From a bacterium (lineage in GTDB: Bacteria > Hinthialibacterota > Hinthialibacteria > Hinthialibacterales > Hinthialibacteraceae): a stretch of 64,000 nucleotides of DNA. Made by a program: the position numbers and the translations under genes. The stretch spans positions 672,001 through 736,000 of the forward strand of contig CAXXMV010000001.1 of the NCBI GenBank assembly GCA_963662285.2. The letters run 5' to 3'. The notes below the pieces were generated by a model. The model saw only the letters and a list, made by a program, of their open reading frames with translations. It did no database searches and was not told where the DNA came from. Position 1 is the first letter of the stretch. Each line of letters starts with the position of its first letter. Of the stretch, positions 1-9,197 are shown piece by piece.

Positions 1-2
1 AT

Positions 3-1118
3 ATCCTCAACTTCAGAGATATATACCCGCAGACGGAAACATTTGTCTTGGATATCAACTATCGCTCAACGCCCCAGATCATTGAAGCCTGTCAAACTCT
101 GATTCAGTTCAACACCCGCAAGATCGATAAACAGGTGCAAGCCCATAATACTGATGGTGATGCGGTTATTACTTTGGATTGTTCCAGTGAAGAAGATGAA
201 GCCTTACAGATCGTCAATGAGATAAGAGACTTGGTTGGTCGAAAGGGATACCATTATTCTGATATGGCGGTTTTGTATCGCGCCAACTATCTCAGCCGTA
301 CCATAGAAGAGATATTCTCACAATACAAGATTCCATACGCCATTGAAAACGGGATGAATTTCTATCAACGCCGCGAAGTTAAATGGTTGTTGGATTACAT
401 GAGAGTGATTAGCGCTCCAGATTCATGTGAAGGAGACGAAGCGTTACGCAGTATCATCAACATACCCAATCGTTACATCGGCAAGAAATTCGTGCAGGAA
501 TTGGAGCAATATGCATCTGAACAAGGCATCCATTTGTATGAAGCGTTGAAGACCATAACGATAGACGCCCCATATCTACGTCGTAATGTCAGGGAATTGG
601 TTCGCTTGCTTGATCCGTTAGTGGCAGAATCAGAATTCATTGAGCCAGCAGAACTGATTCACATTCTGCGTGAGGTACTCGATTATGACCGCTTTGTCGC
701 TGATGACGAGATTCCCAGCCCGGATGACGCCAAGATCGATAACCTCAATCAGTTGAAATTATCCGCCGCCAAGTTCGATGATGTAAAGAGTTTTCTGCAA
801 TATACCGAGACTTTTCAGGATAAAACGGTTGGTTCTGATCAAGAGGGTGTTCAGTTAATGAGCATCCACAAAAGTAAAGGCATGGAATTTTCCGTCGTAT
901 TCGTCATTGGCTTAATTCAGGGAATCCTACCATCCCACAGAGAAGGCGATATCGAAGAAGAACGTCGCATCTGCTTTGTAGGCATATCCCGCGCCATGCA
1001 ACTATTGTATCTCAGCACCTGCCAGGTTCATCTTGGTCAACCCGCCGTCAAGTCCGTATTTATGGATGAGATCGTTGGGAATCAAGAAAACTGCCATACC
1101 TCTTCACAGCAAGATTAG
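3..1118 (+). CDS. UvrD/PcrA-family SF1 helicase, C-terminal part (5' end outside window)
   Basis: NYRS, AVLYRAN, MSIHKSKGMEF and EERRICFVGISRA motifs; frame is open upstream of 48 to the window edge (ILNFRDIYPQTETFVL). Confidence 0.92.
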   Translation: MLNFRDIYPQTETFVLDINYRSTPQIIEACQTLIQFNTRKIDKQVQAHNTDGDAVITLDCSSEEDEALQIVNEIRDLVGRKGYHYSDMAVLYRANYLSRTIEEIFSQYKIPYAIENGMNFYQRREVKWLLDYMRVISAPDSCEGDEALRSIINIPNRYIGKKFVQELEQYASEQGIHLYEALKTITIDAPYLRRNVRELVRLLDPLVAESEFIEPAELIHILREVLDYDRFVADDEIPSPDDAKIDNLNQLKLSAAKFDDVKSFLQYTETFQDKTVGSDQEGVQLMSIHKSKGMEFSVVFVIGLIQGILPSHREGDIEEERRICFVGISRAMQLLYLSTCQVHLGQPAVKSVFMDEIVGNQENCHTSSQQD

Positions 1119-1172
1119 AGCGAAGCATTACACCCAAAACCAAATACAATTTCAAAATCATAGGAGAATAAT

Positions 1173-2102
1173 ATGTCTCAAGTAACCACATTAGGAGAAT
1201 TACGTGCGCAAGTCGAAAAGAAATCCCTGAACCATTGGGATGATTATATTCCAGTGAAGGATATTCAGTTCGTTGGATTACAGAAAAACATTATCCAAGG
1301 TGACGAGCATCTAATGAGACCAGCGGCGCAACGGGCGATCTGTAACCGGTTGGGAATACCAATTCAGTATTTACAGAAATGCGAGCCGTTATTGCAAGCA
1401 GTTAACCTGAACGAATGGCTACCCAAAGAACGCAATGATAATCTGTTTGTGAGATTCGACGGCAATGATATCAGGGCTATATTCACACCGCGTTACAAGC
1501 CAATCGATAACCTGCAAGTGTTGGATCGCTTATACGAACAGGGATACAACGATGATAATAAGATTCAATGCTCATTAGATGATGAGTTCTTTATGCTCAA
1601 TATCCCCGACAAAGAAAAATCCTTTCAAGTCCGGCATGGCGACCGAATGGAACCGGGGATCAGTATCGGAAACAGCGAAGTCGGTATGTCATCACTAACC
1701 ATTGCAGCATTTGTGCTCCGGCTTATATGCACCAACGGTTTGATCTCCACAACTAGCGTTGAATCTTCATACCGGCATGTATCACATCGTATTCTGAGCG
1801 AGTTCCCGCAGGTGCTCAATCAGGTAAGCATGGATCTCAACCGGCAGCGTAACCAATGGGAAATTTCCGCCGATAGCCACGTCGATAATCCAGAAGGCAC
1901 GCTTCGCTCATTCAATAGACAATACAATCTGGATAAGCAAGAAACCGAAGCAGTTGATTGGGCATGGAGTCAAGAATCAGGCGAAACCATGTTTGATATC
2001 GTGAACACATACACCAAAGCCGCGCAGCATCCCCAGTTACCAGCCGAAAGCGAATATCAGTTACAAAAAGTAGGAGGCAATATTCTGGCGATGATAAACT
2101 GA
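1173..2102 (+). CDS. DUF932-like mobile-element protein
   Basis: RY.PIDN, GISIGNSEVG and RLICTNGL motifs typical of DUF932-like phage/plasmid proteins; AGGAGA RBS. Confidence 0.7.
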   Translation: MSQVTTLGELRAQVEKKSLNHWDDYIPVKDIQFVGLQKNIIQGDEHLMRPAAQRAICNRLGIPIQYLQKCEPLLQAVNLNEWLPKERNDNLFVRFDGNDIRAIFTPRYKPIDNLQVLDRLYEQGYNDDNKIQCSLDDEFFMLNIPDKEKSFQVRHGDRMEPGISIGNSEVGMSSLTIAAFVLRLICTNGLISTTSVESSYRHVSHRILSEFPQVLNQVSMDLNRQRNQWEISADSHVDNPEGTLRSFNRQYNLDKQETEAVDWAWSQESGETMFDIVNTYTKAAQHPQLPAESEYQLQKVGGNILAMIN

Positions 2103-2198
2103 GAGCATTTCAAGTCTCCCAGGAAACATGAAATATCAGCCCCAAAAGAACCAGAATTCAAAAAACCGAAATTTAACAAACTAGAAACGAGGTGATAC

Positions 2199-2534
2199 AT
2201 GTCGAAAACCACTGCCCTGATTGATGAGATACGAGATGATTTGCAAAGGTTACAAGCGCTGTCCAATGAAATGAAAGTCAAATACCGTGAACTGGCCGCC
2301 ACACTATTAAGCGCCCGCGCATTGGTTCCAGAAAATCGCTGGGAAGCATGGGTATCAGCCAACCTGGAATTGGATGTATCAGTCGTCGAATCGGTGATGG
2401 AATGCGATATACCAGCGCTAGGCATCAACTCGCTGATGCTGCCATTAACTTTCGATGAAGTACAGCAAGCGTCAGAAAGTTCCAAGCCTAATGGAAGCCG
2501 GATTCACAACAGAAAATCTAAGAAAAAAGTTTGA
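2199..2534 (+). CDS. Hypothetical protein
   Basis: 111-aa ORF with GAGGTG RBS, co-oriented with upstream genes and followed by a terminator. Confidence 0.7.
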   Translation: MSKTTALIDEIRDDLQRLQALSNEMKVKYRELAATLLSARALVPENRWEAWVSANLELDVSVVESVMECDIPALGINSLMLPLTFDEVQQASESSKPNGSRIHNRKSKKKV

Positions 2535-2564
2535 TGCGTTGAAATGAATATTGATTTGCGATTG

Positions 2565-2590
2565 ACTCCATGAATTGTGGAGTTTTTTTT
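2565..2590 (+). terminator. Intrinsic terminator
   Basis: ACTCCA-TGAATTG-TGGAGT stem followed by a T run. Confidence 0.7.
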
Positions 2591-2619
2591 GTTGCATGAT
2601 GATACCTATGAATATGAAA

Positions 2620-2940
2620 TCAATCTGAACTATTTATAATCGCGTCGGGGATTGTGTATGGGAGTAGTACGGTATCTGCGGCGAAACTGAGTGGTAGATC
2701 AATTAATAGAAGCGGCAAAACTATGGGTGATGGTTTGTTTTCCTTATCGCTGGCGATCTCGCCCATTGTGCTTGCGTCGAAGCGTACTCCTGCATAGATT
2801 TTGTTATCAGGGGGATTCGGGAGTGGCGTGAAGCCTTCACCTACCGTCATCCCCATTAACGTGCCGATGCAGCCGGTTTGCATGAAAAGTACAAATGCCA
2901 TCAATGAGGCTGATAAAAAATGTTTGATTGATTTATACAT
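2620..2940 (-). CDS. YceK/YidQ-family small lipoprotein
   Basis: Lipobox-like TGC; IYAGVRFD and IDLPLSFAADTVLLPY motifs. Confidence 0.8.
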   Translation of the reverse strand: MYKSIKHFLSASLMAFVLFMQTGCIGTLMGMTVGEGFTPLPNPPDNKIYAGVRFDASTMGEIASDKENKPSPIVLPLLLIDLPLSFAADTVLLPYTIPDAIINSSD

Positions 2941-3100
2941 ATCAAGATTCTCCTAGATCAAAATATTTTATATAAATATCAATTCAAATTAGGATTGACA
3001 AATCTTTCATAATACAACGTCATCCAAAAAAAGAACGAGCGCCGCGCTTTCGCGTATTCGAGCAGATATTTCATGCTTTAACCGCTGGTTGATGTATTTT

Positions 3101-3198
3101 TGTCTGAATCAGGATTTGCTGGATTAAAGGATGTACTTGATAAAAGCCCAAACCAACATCCTGAGTATCCTTCTATCATGGGTATCCAGATTCAGACA
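3101..3198. repeat. Full-length copy of intergenic repeat family A (TGTCTGAATC...GATTCAGACA terminal inverted repeat)
   Basis: 10-bp perfect terminal IR extended by GGAT/ATCC units; one-armed copies at ~27233, 29436, 30657, 41779 and 62355. Confidence 0.75.
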
Positions 3199-3351
3199 GG
3201 CTTGGTAATCGCCCTGGCAGAACCTTCTGCTTTCGCTTACCAGCCCCGCCAAGGCAGTTTTTTGTTTGCACGGATTCTCACCGTGTCGGGGATGGAACTG
3301 GACTCCTTGTATACTCCTGAACGATTCGCACCGTCCAGATCTGATATTTGG

Positions 3352-3470
3352 GAGTACTGCACAAACGAAAACCCCTGTTGTTTTTCCTGTTGTTGGGGTT
3401 GTTCCTGTTACGATTTGCAGAACGGCAGTTCCTGGTGTTGTTGTTCCAGCTGCCGCCCCGAAGAACCCTG
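3352..3470 (-). repeat. DGR template repeat (TR)
   Basis: 119-bp ungapped match to 4990-5108; AAC-rich on minus strand (reads [39 protein letters not shown]); 24 mismatches at TR adenines. Confidence 0.97.
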
Positions 3471-4541
3471 AGCGTCCATCCCTTCTACTCGTTGGAAAAC
3501 CAACGGGCCTATTACTTTTTCCCGCAACCGCCAACTATCTGCATGAGATACATGAGCAATCCAACTCATAATTCGTTGTTTTGCATCGTTTAAGTTTACT
3601 TCTTCATTGCTATACGCTTTTTGCAATTCTCTGAATCTGCTTCTGGCTTTCTGTACATTGCCAGAGACAACGCGAACATAATTTTGAAATACCCTGTATC
3701 CCAAGAATGTTATACCTTTGGAAACTGAGAAAATTTGGCTCTTGATTGGATGGATAATCAATCGGTTATGCTCTAGAAATCTTTCAATTTGAATACGCCA
3801 TTCTTGTAATTGTTCTTTGGAATCAGATAAAAGTACGAAATCATCCACATATCGTAAATAAGTCTCACATTTCAATGTTTCAATTACAAAATGGTCAAAT
3901 GGATTCAAGAAAATATTGGCGAAATGCTGGCTGGTCAAATTACCGATGGGAATGCCGCGACGGCGTTCGATATGAGTAAAAAGGTCGTCACTTGGGAAAT
4001 ACTCCACGATTTCTTCTTGAGGATTACTGGCGTCAATGATGGTATCCAGGAGCCAAAGTGTATTGGGACACTTGATCTTTTTTCGCAATAATCCTTTGAG
4101 AATTGCATGATCTATGCTGGGAAAATATTTTCGGATATCTGCTTTGAAAACATAGTTATATCTTTTGGCATAATACTTTAGGGCTTGTATGGCCCGATGC
4201 GTTCCATACCCGTTTCGGTTAGCGAAGGTTTTGTTCGTGTATGTGTTTTCAAATATGGGCATCACTATTTGGCAAACCGCGTGATGGATCACTCTATCCC
4301 GGTAAGGCGCGGCGGAAATGTAACGTCTTTTGGTATCGAATACTTCAAAGCAGGTATAATCCCCAGGCCAATACGAATGATTTAGAAGTTCTTGCTGAAG
4401 TTTCATAAGATTCTTTTCCAAATCGTAGTTAAAGCGAAGCACTTGGTCATGATACCGCTTACCCCGTTGAGCGTTTTTTGCGGCGCGAACCAGGTTATCC
4501 CAGGTTACGATTTGAGAGAACAAGTTACTATGTCTTTTCAT
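3408..4541 (-). CDS. DGR reverse transcriptase
   Basis: [33 protein letters not shown] (DGR-type SQ motif), YLRYVDD and FLGY; 377 aa with no maturase or endonuclease extension. Confidence 0.97.
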   Translation of the reverse strand: MKRHSNLFSQIVTWDNLVRAAKNAQRGKRYHDQVLRFNYDLEKNLMKLQQELLNHSYWPGDYTCFEVFDTKRRYISAAPYRDRVIHHAVCQIVMPIFENTYTNKTFANRNGYGTHRAIQALKYYAKRYNYVFKADIRKYFPSIDHAILKGLLRKKIKCPNTLWLLDTIIDASNPQEEIVEYFPSDDLFTHIERRRGIPIGNLTSQHFANIFLNPFDHFVIETLKCETYLRYVDDFVLLSDSKEQLQEWRIQIERFLEHNRLIIHPIKSQIFSVSKGITFLGYRVFQNYVRVVSGNVQKARSRFRELQKAYSNEEVNLNDAKQRIMSWIAHVSHADSWRLREKVIGPLVFQRVEGMDAQGSSGRQLEQQHQELPFCKS

Positions 4542-4885
4542 GCTGACCTTCCCTGTTGCCGCAGCCAGCCGCCCAGCATGGAGCCGATTTCATTCATATT
4601 GACGCTGGCGAATTCGTATTGGCGGTTGCTGAAAATATTGAAATCTTTGAGAAGGCGGGTTTGAAATCGAATGACCTCCAAATCCACGTTCAGTTTTCGT
4701 AATATTTCGTTCCGTGCGCGACTATACCTTGCCTGGATAAGGCCTTCCAATAGACCATAAAGCAACGATGTCATCCTATTTCCCAAACCAAAGCGGTGAT
4801 CCCGCGGCATGCGGTTTAGATGGGGTATATACCATAGAATCAAATCGTAAGTTTTTTGTATGATGGGCAGTTCTTTTTCGCTCAT
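4538..4885 (-). CDS. avd: DGR accessory variability determinant Avd (four-helix bundle)
   Basis: 115 aa; ELPIIQKTYDL, PRDHRFGLG and EIGSMLGGW motifs; stop overlaps RT start (ATGA). Confidence 0.93.
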   Translation of the reverse strand: MSEKELPIIQKTYDLILWYIPHLNRMPRDHRFGLGNRMTSLLYGLLEGLIQARYSRARNEILRKLNVDLEVIRFQTRLLKDFNIFSNRQYEFASVNMNEIGSMLGGWLRQQGRSA

Positions 4886-4913
4886 TCTTATATACTCCCA
4901 AAAAAAATCGCGT

Positions 4914-4926
4914 CGGGCTTCGCCCG
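4914..4926 (-). promoter_or_regulatory. DGR target-recognition hairpin candidate (CGGGC-GAA-GCCCG)
   Basis: GC stem with a GAA triloop about 60 bp downstream of the VR stop codon, as expected for DGR homing hairpins. Confidence 0.65.
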
Positions 4927-4984
4927 CATTTTAAAATGGAAAAAATTTAAATGGCAAATGGTAAAATAGTAATATACCAAATGG

Positions 4985-7525
4985 CTACTGAGTCCTGCAC
5001 AAACGAAAACCCCCGCCGTCCCTCCCGCTGCCGGGGACGCTCCCGCAACGATTCGCAGAACGGCAGACCCAGGTGACGTAGTACCAGCTGCCGCCCCGAA
5101 GAACCCTGTACGAGCCAGAACTTGCACCTTCAGGATCATTGTTTGGAGAATTGGCATAATAATTGCTATCATACCAATCATTACACCACTCCCACACATT
5201 GCCGCTCATATCAAACAGACCAAATTCATTTGGTAATTTCGTTCCGACTTCATGGGTCTTTGATCCCGAATTGCTAGTATACCAGGCATAATCGCCAATA
5301 TTTCCATTTTCCCAATAATAATCTGTCGTTGTTCCTGCCCGGCAAGCGTATTCCCATTCAGCTTCTGTTGGCAAGCGAAAAGTCCCATATCCCATCTCAT
5401 TCAGTTTTTGAATAAAGGTCTGGCAATCATTCCAGGAAACTTGTTCTACTGGATGGTTGTCTCCACTGAAACGTGATGGATTGCTCCCCATCACCGCCTG
5501 CCACTGCGCTTGGGTCACCTCATACATCCCCATATAGAAATCTTTAGAGATTGTAACCTCATGAATCGGTTTTTCATCTGAATCACCAGAATTACTACCC
5601 ATATCGAAAGTACCCGCCGGGATTTTAACCATAACCAGTTCCTTCGCCCCGGCGGGGAGAGTTAGGGAAATGGTTTCAGTTTCTTTGTTTTCTGCTGATT
5701 TCAGAACTTCCTGCACCGCATAATAGGCGGATTTGGCATTGTAATTGTCATCGAATAGCAATGGAGTTCCCCAGCCGGGATAGGTTTCGGGAATCCAGGT
5801 ATACTTGTCTGTGAATCCCCACATGATTAATCCCGTACAATTATCCGCTAATAGACAAGCATCTAATATGCTGGCATAGATATTCGCTTGCTCGTCTAGC
5901 ATTGCTTGCGTTGCGGGCTGCTTCAGGCTGACATCCAGTTCTGTAATCTGGCATTCCACACCAATCTCTGCAAAACGATTCATATAAGCGATTAAATCAA
6001 CGGATGATGGCACTGGGGCAGGAGCATGGATTCCAGTGGATGGATCAGACGCATTGACGCCTAGATGCATTTGCAGCCCGACGCCGTCAATGGGAACGCC
6101 ATTTTCTTTGAGCGCTTTCACCAGATCATAGATTCGTTCCGATTTATCCCCCAAACCTTCCGGATCGTAATCGTTGTAGAACAGTTTAATGTCAGCACCG
6201 ATGTTTGATGCGGCTACGTAAGCATACTCAAAGGCCAACTCGACATATTCAGCACCAATCTTATCTGCCCAGAACGAATTTACACTGTTATCGTCTACTT
6301 TAGAACTTAGCCTAATAACAGGATTATCCACGTAATCTAACGCCAAATCTCCTTGATCGGGCACAGCCTCGTTTACCACATCCCAAATGATAACGCGTCC
6401 GGGAAAGTTATCAGCGAAGTGTGTGACGACCGTCTCAATATAACCATGGAGAAGAGCAATTGCATCGACCTTATCTAATTCAACCTGATGTTTCTCAAGC
6501 CACGATGGAAGATTGTTGTATTTCGGGTTGTGCCAAACCAGGGCATGGCCCCGCACATGCATGTCATTGGCGGCGGCGAACTCGACGATTGAGTCTGCAT
6601 CTCCCCAGTTGTAGTCTGAGGCAGTGATGTTTTCCCAGTTAATGTTTGGGTTATACAACAGCGCGTCCATCTTCATCTCATTTTCAGGGGTGATGATGTT
6701 AAACTCACGCGCCAGCGTAGCCTTGTAGTTCTGGTCGTTCCATGGGGTGTTTTGGATAGTTCCGTTACTGTTCCAGGTATTCATACGGATTGAAGAGCCT
6801 ATTTTGAAGTTGGCTTTGTCAGCGTAGGTGCGCAATCTTTCACCATCAGGCTCTATAACTAAAATTGAAGAATTATTCTCATCGGGAACTATACTAATTG
6901 TATTTGGATCATCCCCATCGCCATCCAAAAACGCGCCGTCGTAATATCTACCTGATTCGAGGAGATAGACGTCAAAGTTATCGATGTAAAAAGTTACCGT
7001 TCTACCGCTGTTTTCAGGATTGTGAAGCTGGATGAACGGATCGAATCCCAATCCCGGTGGAACAAACAAAACAGAAACCTGTCTCCATTTGTTGTGAAAT
7101 TCAGATAAACCCGCCGGGCTGTTGGTGGGCACATCGATAGAACCGCTTTTCCCAATCGCCCCTATCGTGATAGAGCCTTCAGTGCCGTCCATTCTTACAT
7201 TGCAGCGAATCAGGGCAGCGTTGATTGCGTTAAACGATTTATTAAAAATCATAACGCCTTCGCCCGGATCGGCGGTGACGCGAACCCCAATCCCATCCGT
7301 AGCGCTCTCGAATGAGTTGTTCGTGGGTATTGTCACGCCAAACTGAACATCGGCTAAAGGTAAAGCGCCAAAACCAGCGCCTTGTATTGTTATGCCATTG
7401 GCTGCTGCGGATTTACCAGCAAAATCAATACGTATAGGATCATCCTGGGCATAGATAGTCTGACATAATATAATACTAATAAATACATATAACACATTCA
7501 CGAATAAATTCTTCATAATAATCAC
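4985..7525 (-). CDS. DGR target: secreted protein with N-terminal unknown domain, GH10 (endo-1,4-beta-xylanase-like) domain and C-terminal FGE-sulfatase/CLec domain
   Basis: Signal peptide; GH10 motifs TPENEMK, RGHALVWH, WDVVNE, YNDY, GLQMH, ITELD; FGE-like motifs F.MGS, EVTQAQW, RLPTEAEWEYACRAG, DMSGNVWEW, RGGSW...GFR. Confidence 0.93.
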   Translation of the reverse strand: MIIMKNLFVNVLYVFISIILCQTIYAQDDPIRIDFAGKSAAANGITIQGAGFGALPLADVQFGVTIPTNNSFESATDGIGVRVTADPGEGVMIFNKSFNAINAALIRCNVRMDGTEGSITIGAIGKSGSIDVPTNSPAGLSEFHNKWRQVSVLFVPPGLGFDPFIQLHNPENSGRTVTFYIDNFDVYLLESGRYYDGAFLDGDGDDPNTISIVPDENNSSILVIEPDGERLRTYADKANFKIGSSIRMNTWNSNGTIQNTPWNDQNYKATLAREFNIITPENEMKMDALLYNPNINWENITASDYNWGDADSIVEFAAANDMHVRGHALVWHNPKYNNLPSWLEKHQVELDKVDAIALLHGYIETVVTHFADNFPGRVIIWDVVNEAVPDQGDLALDYVDNPVIRLSSKVDDNSVNSFWADKIGAEYVELAFEYAYVAASNIGADIKLFYNDYDPEGLGDKSERIYDLVKALKENGVPIDGVGLQMHLGVNASDPSTGIHAPAPVPSSVDLIAYMNRFAEIGVECQITELDVSLKQPATQAMLDEQANIYASILDACLLADNCTGLIMWGFTDKYTWIPETYPGWGTPLLFDDNYNAKSAYYAVQEVLKSAENKETETISLTLPAGAKELVMVKIPAGTFDMGSNSGDSDEKPIHEVTISKDFYMGMYEVTQAQWQAVMGSNPSRFSGDNHPVEQVSWNDCQTFIQKLNEMGYGTFRLPTEAEWEYACRAGTTTDYYWENGNIGDYAWYTSNSGSKTHEVGTKLPNEFGLFDMSGNVWEWCNDWYDSNYYANSPNNDPEGASSGSYRVLRGGSWYYVTWVCRSANRCGSVPGSGRDGGGFRLCRTQ
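4990..5108 (-). repeat. DGR variable repeat (VR) with IMH at 3' end of target gene
   Basis: Encodes [39 protein letters not shown]; differs from TR at 24 adenines plus one non-A site (4994) near the 3' end. Confidence 0.97.
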
Positions 7526-7643
7526 CTTTTTGAGATAATTTATAAACGCCTAACAAATTAGATCGTATTTGAACTGTATAATCAAGTGTGCTCCTTATTT
7601 TTGCGCTTGAGTGGATAATAATTCGATTTATCCAAAATCAATT

Positions 7644-7967
7644 TCACAGCAACCCTTTTACCCACATAATACAATTTTCAACGATTCCAAAGGTGGCAAG
7701 GATGATTGGTTTGACTTGTTCATTCCGCATTGCATATTCAAGCGCCCACAATGTTAGAATCGAATAAATGATTGTTAGAATCTTTATGATCAGTATTTCT
7801 TCCACTATGCGGCGGCATTTGGCGCGGAAGGGCAGTTCACGGAAGGTTGCTTTTCGGCGGCGGGGCCGAGGGATGAATACAATTTCCCCATACTGGTTAA
7901 CCTCATAGTCTCCCCGGCGATCATTGGTCGGCATGGTTCCAAGAGGACTTTGATACAATCGAGCCAT
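7644..7967 (-). CDS. Small membrane protein, last gene of E2-JAB-E1 operon
   Basis: GGAGA RBS, 18 bp after E1 stop; N-terminal DYEVNQYGEI, basic stretch and 1-2 hydrophobic segments. Confidence 0.75.
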   Translation of the reverse strand: MARLYQSPLGTMPTNDRRGDYEVNQYGEIVFIPRPRRRKATFRELPFRAKCRRIVEEILIIKILTIIYSILTLWALEYAMRNEQVKPIILATFGIVENCIMWVKGLL

Positions 7968-7985
7968 CTCTCCATCTCCTTTGGA

Positions 7986-9191
7986 TTAAAAGACTGTTTC
8001 GTGAGGCTTTAATGAATCCCATATACATTCTGGATCATCATCGGGTATTTCATCACATAGCATGGCAGGTTCCGAGTATTCAGGATTTCGCTTATTCTGG
8101 CAGATATCACAATTTGATCGCGGCCCGACAAAGCGCGTAGGGAAAATATCAAACGGTTTCTGAAAAGGATCATGGCCTTTGCAAAACGCTCCGCCAACAA
8201 ACCAAAAACAGCGGTCAGGATTTACAATCTGTGCATAGGCATCGTTGTGATTGCGCAAAAGAACGCCCAAGGCTATCTGGGCTTCCAGACTGGACACAAA
8301 GTTGACGGCTGCGTGCAAACCCGGCTGACCTTCATAATCGTCCCGGCCAGTTGCAGTACTATAATCAATGGGACCGCGTTTCTGTTGGACGACTACGCCT
8401 CCACCTTTTAAGCAACATAGGCAGGGCGTTTCCCATTCGGGAACATAAGCGAAGACCTCGCCGCCGATAGCATTTTCATAACAACCACCAAACACGGCGG
8501 GTGTTCGATGGTTTACCGCCCATTCATTGACCATAAGTTGAACAGCCAATATATCGGTGGATGCGATAACCAGACTGGATTGGGTAAACAAATCGTACAT
8601 AAACGTATCTGAATCGTCTTGAAAGATATCCCGTGGATAGCATTGAACCTGAGCATTGGGGTGAATATCCATAATCCGGTCTTTCACAACGGAGACTTTG
8701 TTGCGTCCAAGATCGCTGAATCCCCCTTCATGCCGCGAGAGGTTGGAGGCTTCCATCGTATCAGGATCAATCAAGATAAAATTCCCAACTCCAGCACGTG
8801 CCAATTCCAGGGCCAGGTAACTACCGCCAGTTCCACAACCGAAGATGGTTACAGTGGAATGTTGTAGAGTCTTCAGGCACGCAGGATCGAAGGGAGTCCG
8901 CGCAAACACATCATGATCTTCAATTACCTCAACCTGTGTGAGTGAAAGATGATTCTGACTCCAAATGAAAACCTTGGGCTGCGATGAGTGTGCGAAGACA
9001 AATAACCAGGGAGACTGGGGAGGCGTTGGAATTGCCTCTCCCCGGTGCAAGACCTGTCCAATTACAGATCGGTCGTGCGTCATTTCAGGAGCGCAGATAT
9101 GAGCCGTGTTTTCCTCTTCACGGATAACGCCATGAATCTTCATACCCGGTTTTAACTGCGACAGTGCGTGAGACGAAATAAACACTCTCAT
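7986..9191 (-). CDS. ThiF/E1-like adenylyltransferase with N-terminal extension
   Basis: IFGCGTGGS, LARAGVG, IDPDTMEASNLSRH and GRNKV motifs; CLCC and CDIC zinc pairs. Confidence 0.92.
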   Translation of the reverse strand: MRVFISSHALSQLKPGMKIHGVIREEENTAHICAPEMTHDRSVIGQVLHRGEAIPTPPQSPWLFVFAHSSQPKVFIWSQNHLSLTQVEVIEDHDVFARTPFDPACLKTLQHSTVTIFGCGTGGSYLALELARAGVGNFILIDPDTMEASNLSRHEGGFSDLGRNKVSVVKDRIMDIHPNAQVQCYPRDIFQDDSDTFMYDLFTQSSLVIASTDILAVQLMVNEWAVNHRTPAVFGGCYENAIGGEVFAYVPEWETPCLCCLKGGGVVVQQKRGPIDYSTATGRDDYEGQPGLHAAVNFVSSLEAQIALGVLLRNHNDAYAQIVNPDRCFWFVGGAFCKGHDPFQKPFDIFPTRFVGPRSNCDICQNKRNPEYSEPAMLCDEIPDDDPECIWDSLKPHETVF

Positions 9192-9197
9192 GATAAT

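Noticed and set aside
3100-3593. Four overlapping ORFs (3100-3471, 3124-3534, 3266-3571, 3348-3593), one Cys-rich
   Set aside because: Shadow translations of the low-complexity TR and repeat A
3408-4541. RT as group II intron, retron or CRISPR-associated RT
   Set aside because: SQ motif, adjacent avd and an adenine-specific TR/VR pair identify a DGR; no maturase or Cas1 domain
4888-5199. 103-aa minus-strand ORF
   Set aside because: Alternate frame across the VR of the target gene
4985-5700. FGE domain as formylglycine-generating maturase for the sulfatase at 52698
   Set aside because: Has RGGSW followed by the variable region instead of the catalytic Cys pair, so it is a CLec-type binding domain
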